From an uncultured Planctomycetota bacterium (GTDB taxonomy: Bacteria; Planctomycetota; Planctomycetia; Isosphaerales; Isosphaeraceae), in the NCBI GenBank assembly GCA_963845755.1, contig CAWJTV010000041.1, positions 288,001-352,000 on the forward strand: a stretch of 64,000 nucleotides of DNA, given 5' to 3'. Positions within the stretch are counted from its first letter, which is position 1; each line of letters starts with the position of its first letter. The translations under genes and the position numbers were made by a program. Below the pieces are notes generated by a model. The model saw nothing but the letters and a program-made list of their open reading frames with translations, searched no databases and was not told the DNA's origin. Positions 21,275 to 33,339 of this stretch are shown here, piece after piece.

Positions 21275-21784
21275 TTAGTTGCGAGAAGGGAATATGCCTT
21301 GAAGCGCGATGATGAAATTGACGACCAGGTACGGCTGAAGGTTGGAATGAGGCTGGGAGCCTCCATTCGGCGTGATCAAGCCGGTGAGCATCGACCCGTT
21401 GGGATTGGACCCGGTCTGGTAGAGCGTCTCATTGAAGGTCGATCCGGCCCAGACCTGACTGGCCGGCTCTCCGGTGGTGCCGGCTTGCGTGGAGCACACC
21501 GGAGGGTGCGAATGGGCGGCGATCTGGTTGATATTCAGAGTCACATTCTCGAGGCCGGCCGCGCTGCCCAGAGGGTAGCTCGAGCTGCTATGGACGGCGA
21601 CCCGGCTCTGCAGGTTGGGCAGCGCGAAAGTACTTATTCCATCGCCGCCAAAGGTCGTCCCCAGCAGCGAAAAGAGGGCTGTATTTTGGTTGATCTGGAG
21701 GATCTGTCCGTTGCACAACGCCCATCCTCTTGGGGCAAAGTTGAATGCGACCGGGGTGATTTCCCCGAGGTAAGGTTCTGCCAT
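21275..21784 (-). CDS. Phage tail collar domain protein, copy 1
   Basis: MAEPYLGEI...FNFAPRGWALCNGQ...FGGDGISTFALPNLQSR, HSH, PHSNLQPYLVVNFIIALQGIFPSRN; RBS gaggtg. Confidence 0.9.
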   Translation of the reverse strand: MAEPYLGEITPVAFNFAPRGWALCNGQILQINQNTALFSLLGTTFGGDGISTFALPNLQSRVAVHSSSSYPLGSAAGLENVTLNINQIAAHSHPPVCSTQAGTTGEPASQVWAGSTFNETLYQTGSNPNGSMLTGLITPNGGSQPHSNLQPYLVVNFIIALQGIFPSRN

Positions 21785-21871
21785 GGTGATCACCTCGCGA
21801 TGTCCACTGACCTGGGAGAGAAGATGCCGCCGCACGACTCCGCAATCGGTCCGAGCCAGCCCGAACGGCGA

Positions 21872-22186
21872 TCAGTTGAAGATGGCCTGATAGTGCAAGC
21901 CCTGCGGGTCCCCTTCGGGCCCGAGGGGCACCAGGAAGATCCCCAGGGTGCCCCGCGTAGGGTGCTCGATCGGATAGATCTGCTGGGGGAGCGAGCGGTC
22001 GAGCGGGCCACGGAAGATCAGGGAAAACGCCTGCGACCGGATGCCGGATGAGGCCGGCGCATGGCTCTCGCCGATCGCCGTGGCGTCGATCAATTCCAGA
22101 TCGAGCACGTCTCCCGAGTCCAACGAGAACCGGAACGTGCTATTCACGTGGTCAACGAAGTCGGAAACGGTCAACTGATCCAGCAT
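21872..22186 (-). CDS. DUF6916-like small protein
   Basis: AFSLIFRGP...LPQQIYPIEHP...IFLVPLGP...YQAIFN, a pattern recalled for the family that accompanies tail-collar triplets. Confidence 0.7.
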   Translation of the reverse strand: MLDQLTVSDFVDHVNSTFRFSLDSGDVLDLELIDATAIGESHAPASSGIRSQAFSLIFRGPLDRSLPQQIYPIEHPTRGTLGIFLVPLGPEGDPQGLHYQAIFN

Positions 22187-22458
22187 GAATCACCCTGCGG
22201 CCTCGGGTCGTGGAGGAGTCTGCAGAGGTTCCGGTTCGTAACTGAGAAAAGCATTCGACCTGCTCCCTGCGCTATTGGGAACGGTCTTGCTCCTCGCCGT
22301 TCTGACTCGCATAGTTAATAGCACCTGGAACCGGCTGTCAAGGATCCACGCCAAATTGAGAAACTTCGTCTGAAAAGGTCGAACTGGATCAGCTTCGTGC
22401 CGGCCGTCAATCCGACGACATCAGCGGCATCATGGAGTTGCGATCGGAGGGTACTGCC

Positions 22459-22995
22459 ATGGTTCGCCAGCCTTTGACAGACCGCGTGCAAGGGCCGTTG
22501 GCCGGCTCGATCGTCCTCCGTCCCGCTCTGCCCGCGGACGAGTCATTCCTGTACCAGGTTTTTGCGAGCACCCGCGCGGAACAGATCGGGCTCGGCGACT
22601 GGGACGACGCCCAGAAGACAGTCCTTCTGAAGATGCAGTTCGGCGCCCAGAACGCCGCTTACCGTCAGGGCTTCCCGGAAGCGGGATATGAGGTGATCCT
22701 CGTCGGCGGTCAGCCGGTTGGTCGCCTCTTCATCCACCGTGGCCCCGAAGCGATCCGCGTGGTGGATGTCGGCTTGTTGTCGGAGCACCGAAACCAGGGG
22801 ATCGGCGGCGCGCTCCTGAAGGCGGTGCTGGATGAGGGCGCTGAGGCCGGCCAGCCGGTACGCCTCCACGTCGAAACGTTCAATCGGGCCGTCAGGTTGT
22901 ATGAGCGTCACGGCTTTGTGCCGATCGGTAGCGACGGCGTCCACATCGAGATGGAGTACGTTGCCGGCATTCCCGACCCAGGCCACGTTCTTTGA
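22459..22995 (+). CDS. GNAT family N-acetyltransferase
   Basis: RNQGIGGALL acetyl-CoA motif, NRAVRLYERHGF; N-terminal FASTRAEQ...MQFGAQ; RBS ggagg. Confidence 0.9.
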   Translation: MVRQPLTDRVQGPLAGSIVLRPALPADESFLYQVFASTRAEQIGLGDWDDAQKTVLLKMQFGAQNAAYRQGFPEAGYEVILVGGQPVGRLFIHRGPEAIRVVDVGLLSEHRNQGIGGALLKAVLDEGAEAGQPVRLHVETFNRAVRLYERHGFVPIGSDGVHIEMEYVAGIPDPGHVL

Positions 22996-23009
22996 GGAGA
23001 CCGACCACC

Positions 23010-24155
23010 ATGAATTCCGGTCATCGTCCGATCCGATTGGGGATCCTTGCGATCGTTTTTCTCTCCGCTCCGATGGGCCTATCTCCTTCCCGGGCGCTGG
23101 GCGGAGACGATCGCGCGAGCGAGGAGGTCCGGCATCGGCTCTATGTCGCCGAGCCGGGCATCCGCAATTACCTCGAGTACGGCGGCCATGGGCTGCTGGT
23201 CTTTGACATCGACCACGGCCATCGCTTCCTCAAGCGAATCTCGACGGCCGGCCTCGATGAGAAGAGGACTCCGATCAACGTCAAGGGAATCTGCGCCAGC
23301 GTGCAAACCCGGCGAATCTACATCAGCACCATCCGGCAGTTGATGTGCCTCGACCTGGTCTCGGAGAAGCTCCTCTGGGAGAAGACCTACGAGCAAGGAT
23401 GCGACCGGATGGCGATCACGCCGGACGGGTCGCTGATCTTCCTCCCGTCCTTCGAGGGTCCGATCTGGTATGTCGTCCGAGCGGCGGATGGGGAGGTCAT
23501 CGCGCGGATCACGCCGAGATCCGGCTCGCACAACACGATCGTCGGGCCGAACGGCAAGGAAGCCTATCTGGCCGGCTTGAATTCGCCGAACCTGACGGTC
23601 GTCGACACGCGCACGCACCAGATCGTCCGCTCGGTCGGTCCCTTCGCCGCGAGCATCCGGCCGTTCACGGTCAACGGTCCGCAGACCTACTGCTTCGTGA
23701 ATGTGAACAATCTGCTGGGCTTCGAAGTGGGCGACTTGAGGACCGGGGAAAAGCTGTATCGCGTCGAGGTGAGCGGGTTTGAAAAAGGACCGACCAAGCG
23801 TCACGGCTGTCCCAGCCATGGCATCGGCCTGACGCCCGATGACAAGGAGTTGTGGGTGACCGACGCGGCCAACAGCCGGATGCATATCTTCGACGCAACC
23901 GTCATGCCCCCGAAGCAGGTCGCCAACATCATGGTCCGCGACCAGCCGGGCTGGATCACATTCAGCATCGACGGCCGCTACGCGTATCCGTCAACCGGCG
24001 ACGTGATCGAGACCCGATCGCGCAAGATCGTCGCAGGGCTCAAGGATGAGGCCGGCCGCGACGTCCAGAGCGAGAAGATGGTCGAGATCGACTTCCGCGG
24101 GAACGAGCCTGTCCGGGCTGGCGACCAGTTCGGAATCGGGCAGGTGAGAAAATGA
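23010..24155 (+). CDS. Secreted YncE/YVTN-like beta-propeller protein
   Basis: Signal peptide; repeated MAITPDG, SHNTIVGPNG, SHGIGLTPDDKELWVTD and WITFSIDGRYAY blades. Confidence 0.75.
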   Translation: MNSGHRPIRLGILAIVFLSAPMGLSPSRALGGDDRASEEVRHRLYVAEPGIRNYLEYGGHGLLVFDIDHGHRFLKRISTAGLDEKRTPINVKGICASVQTRRIYISTIRQLMCLDLVSEKLLWEKTYEQGCDRMAITPDGSLIFLPSFEGPIWYVVRAADGEVIARITPRSGSHNTIVGPNGKEAYLAGLNSPNLTVVDTRTHQIVRSVGPFAASIRPFTVNGPQTYCFVNVNNLLGFEVGDLRTGEKLYRVEVSGFEKGPTKRHGCPSHGIGLTPDDKELWVTDAANSRMHIFDATVMPPKQVANIMVRDQPGWITFSIDGRYAYPSTGDVIETRSRKIVAGLKDEAGRDVQSEKMVEIDFRGNEPVRAGDQFGIGQVRK

Positions 24156-24225
24156 CTCTTTCGATCCATAAAAACCGAGGAGCCTGGCGCACTCCGGGGA
24201 ACCTGCCCTCACGCCGAACCGAGCC

Positions 24226-25224
24226 TCACCGTGCCGCCTGTCGCTTGAACAGGCGGGCCAAGGTTTCATCCAGGGCCTTGCCGCGGAGGTCGATGCGGAG
24301 GATGGTCCCCTCCGGATCGATCAGGTAGGTCGCGGGGATCGAGGTGACGCCGAGGGACTCGATGAGGTCGTTGGCGCCGCCCGCGTTGTGGACCTGCCGC
24401 CAGGGGATCTTGCGCACCTTGACGAAGTCAACGACGGCCGCCTTGGACTCGTCCAGGCTGATACCGATGATCTCGAAGCCGGCATCGTGGTACGACTGAT
24501 AGGCCGCCTGGAGCCGGGGCAACTCGGCGACGCAGGGGCCGCACCACGTCGCCCAGAAATCCAGGAGGACATACTTGCCCCGGTATGCCGCGAGGCGGAT
24601 CGCCTGACCCCGGATGTCCTCCGCCGTGAAGGCCGGCACGGGCTTGCCGATCTGATCCAGCCGCTTCAGGTCGGATTGCACCTTCTGGCGCAGGTTCGGA
24701 CTGTCTTCGAACCGCGCGAGTAGGGTCGTATAGACCTGCCGGGCGGCGGCGAATTGGCCCGCGGCGATCGCCGCGCTCGCGAGCGAGTCCGAGAAGCTCG
24801 AGGCGAACTCCTCCTGCTCGTTCGGGTCGAGACCCTGGATCAGCTCGCGGTGCCGGGCCAGGGCATCGTCATAGTGGCCGGCCTGGGCCTGGCCCATCGT
24901 GAGGATGATCTGCGCCAGCGCCTTGACGGGACCGTCCGGGTCAACTTTGAGGTATTGCCCGGCGAGCTCTTCGGTCTCGGCGAACCAGTCGTGCTCGATC
25001 GCCTTGTTGAAGAGCGCGGCGTACGCTTGCTCGCGATCGTCGGCCTTGGGGTTCTTGACGAGGTACTCGGCCAGCTCCCGAAGGAAGGCGCGGTCGTGTC
25101 GGGCCTGGATCTCGGCGACGCTCCGCGCAGGGGGCTCCGCGCCGGACGTCGCGGACACGGCCGCCAGAACCAGGATCGAGGCGATGAATGTGGTACTCGT
25201 TTTCACGATTTTGAACCTCTTCAC
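24226..25224 (-). CDS. TlpA-family thiol:disulfide oxidoreductase with helical N-terminal domain
   Basis: LLDFWATWCGPC, SIPATYLIDPEG; signal peptide. Confidence 0.9.
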   Translation of the reverse strand: MKRFKIVKTSTTFIASILVLAAVSATSGAEPPARSVAEIQARHDRAFLRELAEYLVKNPKADDREQAYAALFNKAIEHDWFAETEELAGQYLKVDPDGPVKALAQIILTMGQAQAGHYDDALARHRELIQGLDPNEQEEFASSFSDSLASAAIAAGQFAAARQVYTTLLARFEDSPNLRQKVQSDLKRLDQIGKPVPAFTAEDIRGQAIRLAAYRGKYVLLDFWATWCGPCVAELPRLQAAYQSYHDAGFEIIGISLDESKAAVVDFVKVRKIPWRQVHNAGGANDLIESLGVTSIPATYLIDPEGTILRIDLRGKALDETLARLFKRQAAR

Positions 25225-26728
25225 GCGAGGGTTGGTGTAGAACGGACCTCCCTTGTGGCGCCGGCATCTCGTCTTCGCGCCGGCCCCTCGGTTCGGGCCG
25301 GGTCTCCTGGACTGCGCCAGACCGTTCGTAATGGCTTACGGACCGCGGACCGCCGGCCAACGGACACCGAGCGAGCGATCAGCTCGCGCCAGAGGTTGCA
25401 GCAGAGGGTTTTCTCGTAGTTCGCGAGGAAGGCCGACCGGCCCCGCTCGCCCATCCGCCGCGCCAGGGTGGGGTCGGCCGCCAGACGAGTCAGCGAAGCG
25501 ACCAGTCCCTCGTCGTCCCCGGGCGCGATGGTCATGCCGCAGCCGACGTGCCGGATCGTATCGGCCGTCTCGCAATGCTCCGGCCCGACGAAGACGGCCG
25601 GCCGGCCCGCCGCCATCACGCCGTAGAGCTTCCCGGCGCGACGATCCCGGTCATCTGGGGCCGCATCGAGATCAGGTGGACATCGGCCATCGAGAGCGAG
25701 ACGTGCAACTGAGACCGCGGCACATATTCCAGAAAGCGCACGTTCGCCAGGCCCTCGCGTTCCTGGATGGCCTTCACCTCGCCCAATCGCGGCCCGTCCC
25801 CGACGAAAAAGAAGACGATGTCGTTCCGATCACGGAGCCGGCGCGCGGCCGCCAGGAATTCCTCGAACGAGTGGGCCAGTCCGAGGTTGCCAGAATACAT
25901 CGCGACGAACGCATCGCCCAGTCCCATCGACTTGCGGAGCCAGTTGGCCGCCCGCGGAATCGGGTAGATCTCGTCGCGACGGCTCCAGACCGGGATGGTC
26001 TGGATCCGGTCCGCCTCGACCCGTTTCAGGGCGATCCGGTCGGCCATGTACGGCCCGAGGACGACCACCCGGTCCGCCTGTCGGTAGACGAATCCGCTGA
26101 GCCAGTGAAAACCCCGGCTGACCGGATGGCGCGGGGACATCCGCCCCAACGCCAGGCTCGCATCCGGGTGCAGGTCCATGCTCCAGTAGACGTGCGGCGT
26201 CCCCTTGAGCCATTTCAGGAGCGTGCCGACGAGGCCGATGATCGGGGGCGTCGTGAGGGTGATTACGGCGTCGAAGCGGGGGAGGAGCATGGCCTTGATC
26301 ACGGCCCCCGCGTAGAAGCTCAGATAGTCGGTCATCCGGGCCCAGGTGCCGCGACGCCCGAGCGAGGTCGCGGGCATCCTATGGATCCGCACTCCTTCGT
26401 GGATTTCGGAGGAGGCCGGCTTCGGCTCGCCCGGCTGGTAGCGGCTCCGGGAGCACAGGACGTGGCACTCGTAACCGCGCTCCGCCATCGATTCGGCCAG
26501 GTCGGTCAGGTGCTGGGCCGTCGAGGCATGATCGGGCCAGTAATACTGGTTGATGAACAGGACCCGCTTGCCTGTACCTTCGAGAGAACTCCGGACGCCC
26601 GAGTGTGGAGCTGGCGGGATACGCCCCGCTCCGGGATCGATGCCGATCCGATGGCGGGCCGCTCGGTCCTGGGTCGTGGCTTCGGATATCGCGGGCAGGG
26701 TGCGTCGGAACCACCGTCGATGGCTCAC
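25221..26728 (-). CDS. Glycosyltransferase family 4 (WcaI-like), frame break near 25633
   Basis: FINQYYWPD, WSMDLHPD, YSGNLGLAH, VGDGP; (P)GKLYGVMAAGRP continues in ORF 25221..25619. Confidence 0.85.
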
Positions 26729-26766
26729 CGTTTCCCTCCGTGGAGTCGGCGCATAGGAATGGCTCT

Positions 26767-26831
26767 GTAGGGAGCTCTGCGAGCACCGATGCCGTTCGCC
26801 GCGCCCGACCGGTGCCCACAGAGCTTCCTAC
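26767..26831. repeat. GTAG-flanked intergenic hairpin
   Basis: gtagggagctctg ... cagagcttcctac. Confidence 0.55.
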
Positions 26832-26842
26832 TCGACCGGAGC

Positions 26843-27772
26843 TCAGACGTTGGCGAACGGATTCTGGAACTCGATCAGCTTGACCGCGCGGACGAGCTCG
26901 GCGACGCCGCGATCGAGGTCGATTGTGGTCTCGAAGCCGCGCTTGCGGATCTTTTCGTAGGAGACTTCATAGTTGCGCTGATCGGCGTCGGTGCCGACCT
27001 CGGCGAAATGGAGGTAGTAATCGACGTGCTCGAGGATCTTACGCGCCACGTCCTCCTTGGTGAAGTTCATGCTCTCGTGGCCGACGTTGTAGACGTCGTC
27101 CTTGATCTCATTCCAGCGTTCCAGCGCGAAGATGAACGAGCGGGCCATGTCGCGGACGTGGACGAAAGTCCGCTTGAACCCCCCCTCGTAGACGATCAGG
27201 TTGCGGTTACGCACGGCCTGGTAGGTGAAGTCGTTGGGCATGAGGTCGAGCCGCATGCGATTGCTGACGCCGAACGCCGTGGCGAACCGGTAGGCGACGC
27301 CGTTTCCGGCATCAAGGACCATCTGCTCGGCCGCGGCCTTGGTCTCGCCGTAGAGCGTGATCGGCGCGCGGGGAGTCTCCTCGTTGCAGACATAGTCGGG
27401 GATCGATCCGTAGATGCTGCCCGTCGAGGCGAAGAGGAACTTCTGGTCGGGCTTGCGATGCCGGAGCAGGTTGGCGGTCCCGTAGACGTTGACGGCCTGG
27501 GCGACCTGCGGCTCCTTCTTGCACGCCGGGTATCCCACGATGGCGGCCAGGTGGATCACCGCGTCGATCCCGTCCAGGGCCGTCTTGACCGTCGCGGGAT
27601 CGCACACGTCGCCCTTGACCAGCTCGAAGAAGCGATTCGAGCAGCAAGGGAGCAGGCCGTGGCCGCCGAACTTCAAGGTGTCCAGGACCCGGACCCGATG
27701 GCCCTGGTCCAGCAGCATCGGGACCATCGCCGAGCCGACGTAACCGGCTCCGCCGGTAACGAGTATTCGCAT
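26843..27772 (-). CDS. NAD-dependent epimerase/dehydratase (extended SDR)
   Basis: MRILVTGGAGYVGS, HLAAIVG, YGETK (YxxxK). Confidence 0.92.
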   Translation of the reverse strand: MRILVTGGAGYVGSAMVPMLLDQGHRVRVLDTLKFGGHGLLPCCSNRFFELVKGDVCDPATVKTALDGIDAVIHLAAIVGYPACKKEPQVAQAVNVYGTANLLRHRKPDQKFLFASTGSIYGSIPDYVCNEETPRAPITLYGETKAAAEQMVLDAGNGVAYRFATAFGVSNRMRLDLMPNDFTYQAVRNRNLIVYEGGFKRTFVHVRDMARSFIFALERWNEIKDDVYNVGHESMNFTKEDVARKILEHVDYYLHFAEVGTDADQRNYEVSYEKIRKRGFETTIDLDRGVAELVRAVKLIEFQNPFANV

Positions 27773-28119
27773 CGCAGGCTCCATCCTGGGTGTCTCGAAG
27801 CGCGCCTGGAACGTCGAGGGGGTGAGGGACTGAATCGTCCGGCAAGGCGAGACGGGCAAGTCTACACGCCAGGCCCTCGTCCTTGCGGGCTTTCCATCGT
27901 GTTGCTCAGGGCGACAGGCGATCGTCCGTGACTCCATGACGAGCGGCCTGCTCATCACCGGGAGTCGTCCTGTCCGGGCGACACTATCGCCGAGCCAGCA
28001 ACGCCTGTCAACGCCACTTTGCTGGGGTGGCTCGGTCGATTCCGATCCCATCCGTCCGGATGGACCATCCCCGGGAAAGCGATCGAGATCCCGCGCCGAG
28101 CGGCGACAGCTTGCCAGGT

Positions 28120-28265
28120 TTTCGACCGATTCCAGGTGTTCCAGGTCTGCGAGATCTTGCAACCGACCGGCTGCCCGCTCGTTCTGCGATATCCTTGGTG
28201 TAGCGAGGATGCCCGTGGAAGGGGACGGCGTATCCGTCCAGGATCAGTTAACGGACGTTATTCTT
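28120..28265 (-). pseudogene. Nucleotidyltransferase gene remnant (internal deletion and stop)
   Basis: Minus strand reads KNNVR*LILDGYAVPFHGHPRYTKDI, then in another frame ERAAGRLQDLADLEHLE; these resemble the N- and C-terminal motifs of DUF6036-like nucleotidyltransferases. Confidence 0.65.
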
Positions 28266-28452
28266 GATTAATAATTCGAAGAACTCTTTGAAAGCCGGGT
28301 TCCGTTCCATACTTCCAAAGGTGGTACTCCCTCCGGATGGATTCCAGCGCCGCCAGACGCTCCTGAGGCGTACGGGACTGCCAGAACGCCAAGTCGCTTC
28401 CCTGCTCCTCAGTCTTCACCCTTCGCACTTGGGTCCGATCGATACGCTCCAT
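28258..28452 (-). CDS. Small protein of the type found upstream of such nucleotidyltransferases (toxin-antitoxin-like pair)
   Basis: DLAFWQSRTPQERLAALESIRREY...FQRVLRII. Confidence 0.6.
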   Translation of the reverse strand: MERIDRTQVRRVKTEEQGSDLAFWQSRTPQERLAALESIRREYHLWKYGTEPGFQRVLRIINQE

Positions 28453-28687
28453 GGCCGGCGCCGTTCCGTCGACGTGATCGCCAATGTCGTGCTATTCATT
28501 ATAGCAGGGAACCGGCCGTCGGTCTTCACCGGCTTCCCGGTATAATCTCGAGATTCGGACGTTGAGCGGTTCACAGGAAACCGGTCGTTCCCCGTAGGGT
28601 GAACCCACGAACGCGGTTTGAAAGGTCCCGTCCGACCGGGCATGGCAAAGTCCGAAGTCCAGTTGATGCAAACGGAGGATGGTGAGA

Positions 28688-30527
<1,840 letters not shown>

Positions 30528-30608
30528 GCCGCCAGGGAATGAAACGAGATCCCGGATCCGAGCATCCGGGATCTCGTCGGTTCGGTGTGGCCTCGAGCTC
30601 GGGGACGT

Positions 30609-31252
30609 TCAATTCTGCTCGTACTTGATCTCGAAGGGGGTGCCGAGGATCTCCTTCCAGGACTTCTGTTGCTCGTCGTTCAGCTTGGCGACGACCTTCT
30701 CGAGCGTCTTCTTGCGCAGCTCGGTCATCTTCTTCATGCGCTCTTCCTGGTCGTCCTGGTTCTCCTGGAAGATCGTGCGCATCTCCTGCATCGACTCCGT
30801 GTTGATCGTTTCAATGTCTTTCTTTTGATCGTCCGTCAGGTTCAACTTCTTGGTGACCTCCGGATCCGTGAAGGCTTGCGCCCACGCACCTGGTGGGAGA
30901 TCTCCTTGAGCCGAGTGATCTGCTCGGGCTTGAGGAACTCGCCGGCCGCCTTGAGTGTCGCCGCGTTGACTTCGCGGTTGATCTCCGTGAACTTGGCACG
31001 CCGCTCTTCGGGCTCGAGGTCTTGAAGGCCCTGGAACTTCTCGCGCATCTCCTCACCGGTCTTCTCGGAGAGCTCCTTGGCCTTTTCGACCTGCTTGTCA
31101 TCGAGCTTCAGCTCCTTCTGGACGCTCTCATTGCCCAGCAGGAAGTGCAGGCTGCCGCCCATGCGGCCGAAGCCGCGGCCTTGTGCGGAGGCCGAGGTGG
31201 TCAGCAGGGCGACGAGGCCCAGACCGAGGAGGGACGTCAACATGGTTTTCAT
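30609..31252 (-). CDS. Exported helical protein, Spy/CpxP(LTXXQ)-like repeats, paralog 3 (frame break near 30880)
   Basis: Signal peptide, SVQKELKLDDKQVEK, LKPEQITRLKEI, LNLTDDQK, LNDEQQKSWKEILGTPF. Confidence 0.7.
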
Positions 31253-31475
31253 CGGGTCGAACTCCTGGAATTGATGGCGGAAACTCGGGACATAGGATCG
31301 TTGCGGAAGGGATCCATCAGACGGGAATCGGAAATCGGACGTCCCCCAACCCAGGCGAGCAAGATCCCGGAACCGCAGGTCCGGGATCTCGCCAAGGTCG
31401 TGGTTGGGATGGCACCGATCCCATCCGGCCATGCTAGCGACGGGACCGGCTGGGAGAAGCGACCGTCCGTCTCAG

Positions 31476-32120
31476 TTATTGAGGACGGGGCTCGTAGACG
31501 ATGGTGAACGGGGCGCCGATGAGTTCCTTCCAGGTCTTTTGCTGCTCGTCGTTCAGCTTCGACGTGGCCTGGGAGAGCGCCTCCTTGGTCACTTCCTGCA
31601 TCTTCTTCATCGCGGCTTCCGGGTCGCTCTGGCGGTCCTCCCGGCTGGGCATCTTCTCGCGCATATCCTGGGCGATCGTCTGGATGTCGCTCTTCTGGCT
31701 GTCGGTCAGGTTGAGCTTCTTGGCGACCTCCGGATCGCTGAAGGCCATGAGTCCCTGCTGCTGATAGGCGATCTGCTTGAGCCGGGCGATTTGCTCGGCC
31801 TTGAGGAACTCGCCGGCGGCCTTGAGCGCTGCGTCGTTCCTCTCCTTCGTGAGTTCCCGACGCTTGTTCTGTTGCTCTTCGCCCTCGAGTCCCTGGAGGG
31901 CCTCACGGATTTCTTGGCCTTTCTCACGGTCCTTGTCGGCCACCTCCTTGGCCTTCTCGATCTGCTGATCGTCGAGCTTCAGCTCCTTCTGAACGCTCGC
32001 ATTGCCCAGCAGCGTGCCCAGGCCGCCGCGGCCGAAGCCGCCGCGCCCCTGGGCCATCGCCGGGCCGGCGAACATGGCCAAGATTCCCAGACCGAGACAG
32101 GTTCGGAACATCGTCTTCAT
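31476..32120 (-). CDS. Exported helical protein, Spy/CpxP(LTXXQ)-like repeats, paralog 2
   Basis: Same motifs; RBS caggag. Confidence 0.75.
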   Translation of the reverse strand: MKTMFRTCLGLGILAMFAGPAMAQGRGGFGRGGLGTLLGNASVQKELKLDDQQIEKAKEVADKDREKGQEIREALQGLEGEEQQNKRRELTKERNDAALKAAGEFLKAEQIARLKQIAYQQQGLMAFSDPEVAKKLNLTDSQKSDIQTIAQDMREKMPSREDRQSDPEAAMKKMQEVTKEALSQATSKLNDEQQKTWKELIGAPFTIVYEPRPQ

Positions 32121-32248
32121 GGTGTCGAACTCCTGGGTAGAAATGGGATGTCGTCGCGTTTTCCATGACGGGTTGGCGTCCCGGCTTCCGATGGAAAAGA
32201 CCGGCGGAAGCCGGGACGCCAACGGGTCGATCCACTGTTGATGCGAAA

Positions 32249-32920
32249 CTAGTTGCTCGGCCGAGGATCGGGCCTGTACTCGAACGGGGCGCCGAGCAGC
32301 TCTTTCCACGTCTTCTGCTGCTCGTCGTTCAATTTGGCCTCGACCTTGGTGAGGTTTTCCTTACGCTGCGCGGCCGCCTTCTTCATGGCCTCTTGCCGCT
32401 CCTCCTTGGTCGCGTCCTTGTTGAAGGCGCCTCGCCCTCCGCCTCCCATGCTTTCTCGGACGATGGCCTGGATGTCGGTCTTCTGGGTGTCGGTCAGGTT
32501 GAGCTTATTGGCGACATCGGGGTCATTGAACGCCATGACGCCCTGCCGCTGGTAGGAGATCTGCTTGAGGCGCGCGAGTTGCTCGGGCTTGAGGAATTCG
32601 CTGACCCCCTTGAGGGCCGACGCGTTCAATTCGCGGCCGATCTCCATCATCTTGGTACGCCGTTCCGCTTTCTCGAGGTCTTGCAGACCCTGGAACTTCT
32701 CTTGCATCTCCTCACGGTTCTTCTGGGCGAACTCCTTGGCCTTTTCGATTTGCTGGTCATCGAGCTTCAGCTCTTTCTGCACGCTCGTATTGGCCGCCAG
32801 CATGGCCAGGTTGCCGCCGCCTCCGAAGCGGCCGAAGCCTTGTGGAGGTTGGGCCGCGGCCGGGCCGGCGAGCATCGCGACCAGCCCCAGGCCGAGCAGG
32901 CTACAATACCATGATTTCAT
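32249..32920 (-). CDS. Exported helical protein, Spy/CpxP(LTXXQ)-like repeats, paralog 1
   Basis: Same motifs; RBS gaggag. Confidence 0.75.
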   Translation of the reverse strand: MKSWYCSLLGLGLVAMLAGPAAAQPPQGFGRFGGGGNLAMLAANTSVQKELKLDDQQIEKAKEFAQKNREEMQEKFQGLQDLEKAERRTKMMEIGRELNASALKGVSEFLKPEQLARLKQISYQRQGVMAFNDPDVANKLNLTDTQKTDIQAIVRESMGGGGRGAFNKDATKEERQEAMKKAAAQRKENLTKVEAKLNDEQQKTWKELLGAPFEYRPDPRPSN

Positions 32921-33339
32921 CGGGTGAAACTCCTCTGATGGGGAATCGTGGATAAGGCCCGCCTAGGCTTTGCGACACGAATGCCGCCGAGCAGGCGGCC
33001 GTCCAGGGTGATCGCGCAGCGGAAGTACAGGCCGGGCTGTCTAACTGAGCGTCAACGGACCGTGTCTTGACCGAGTTTTGTGCGGAAATGCGATCGGATT
33101 TCCCTGCCCGGGGTCGGGCATCGATCCCTCCGTCTCCGACCGGGTCGAAACGCTCGATCCGGGCATCGCGCGGGAACACCGGCGCGGCCGATAATTGATG
33201 CGCCGCACATTGCAGGGATGGCCAGGTTTTCGATGTTTGCGGGTGGCCCGGCCACCGGCCGCCGCCATGTCGTTCCATCGGGCGGGGTGCGCCAGGCCGA
33301 GGGCGTCGGCTCGTCCGGGTCGCAGGCGAGCCGACCTCG

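Noticed and set aside
19976..21784. Prophage or tailocin
   Set aside because: Only collar-domain genes are present; no structural, packaging, lysis or integrase genes
28460..28687. glmS ribozyme upstream of glmS
   Set aside because: No recognisable core sequence
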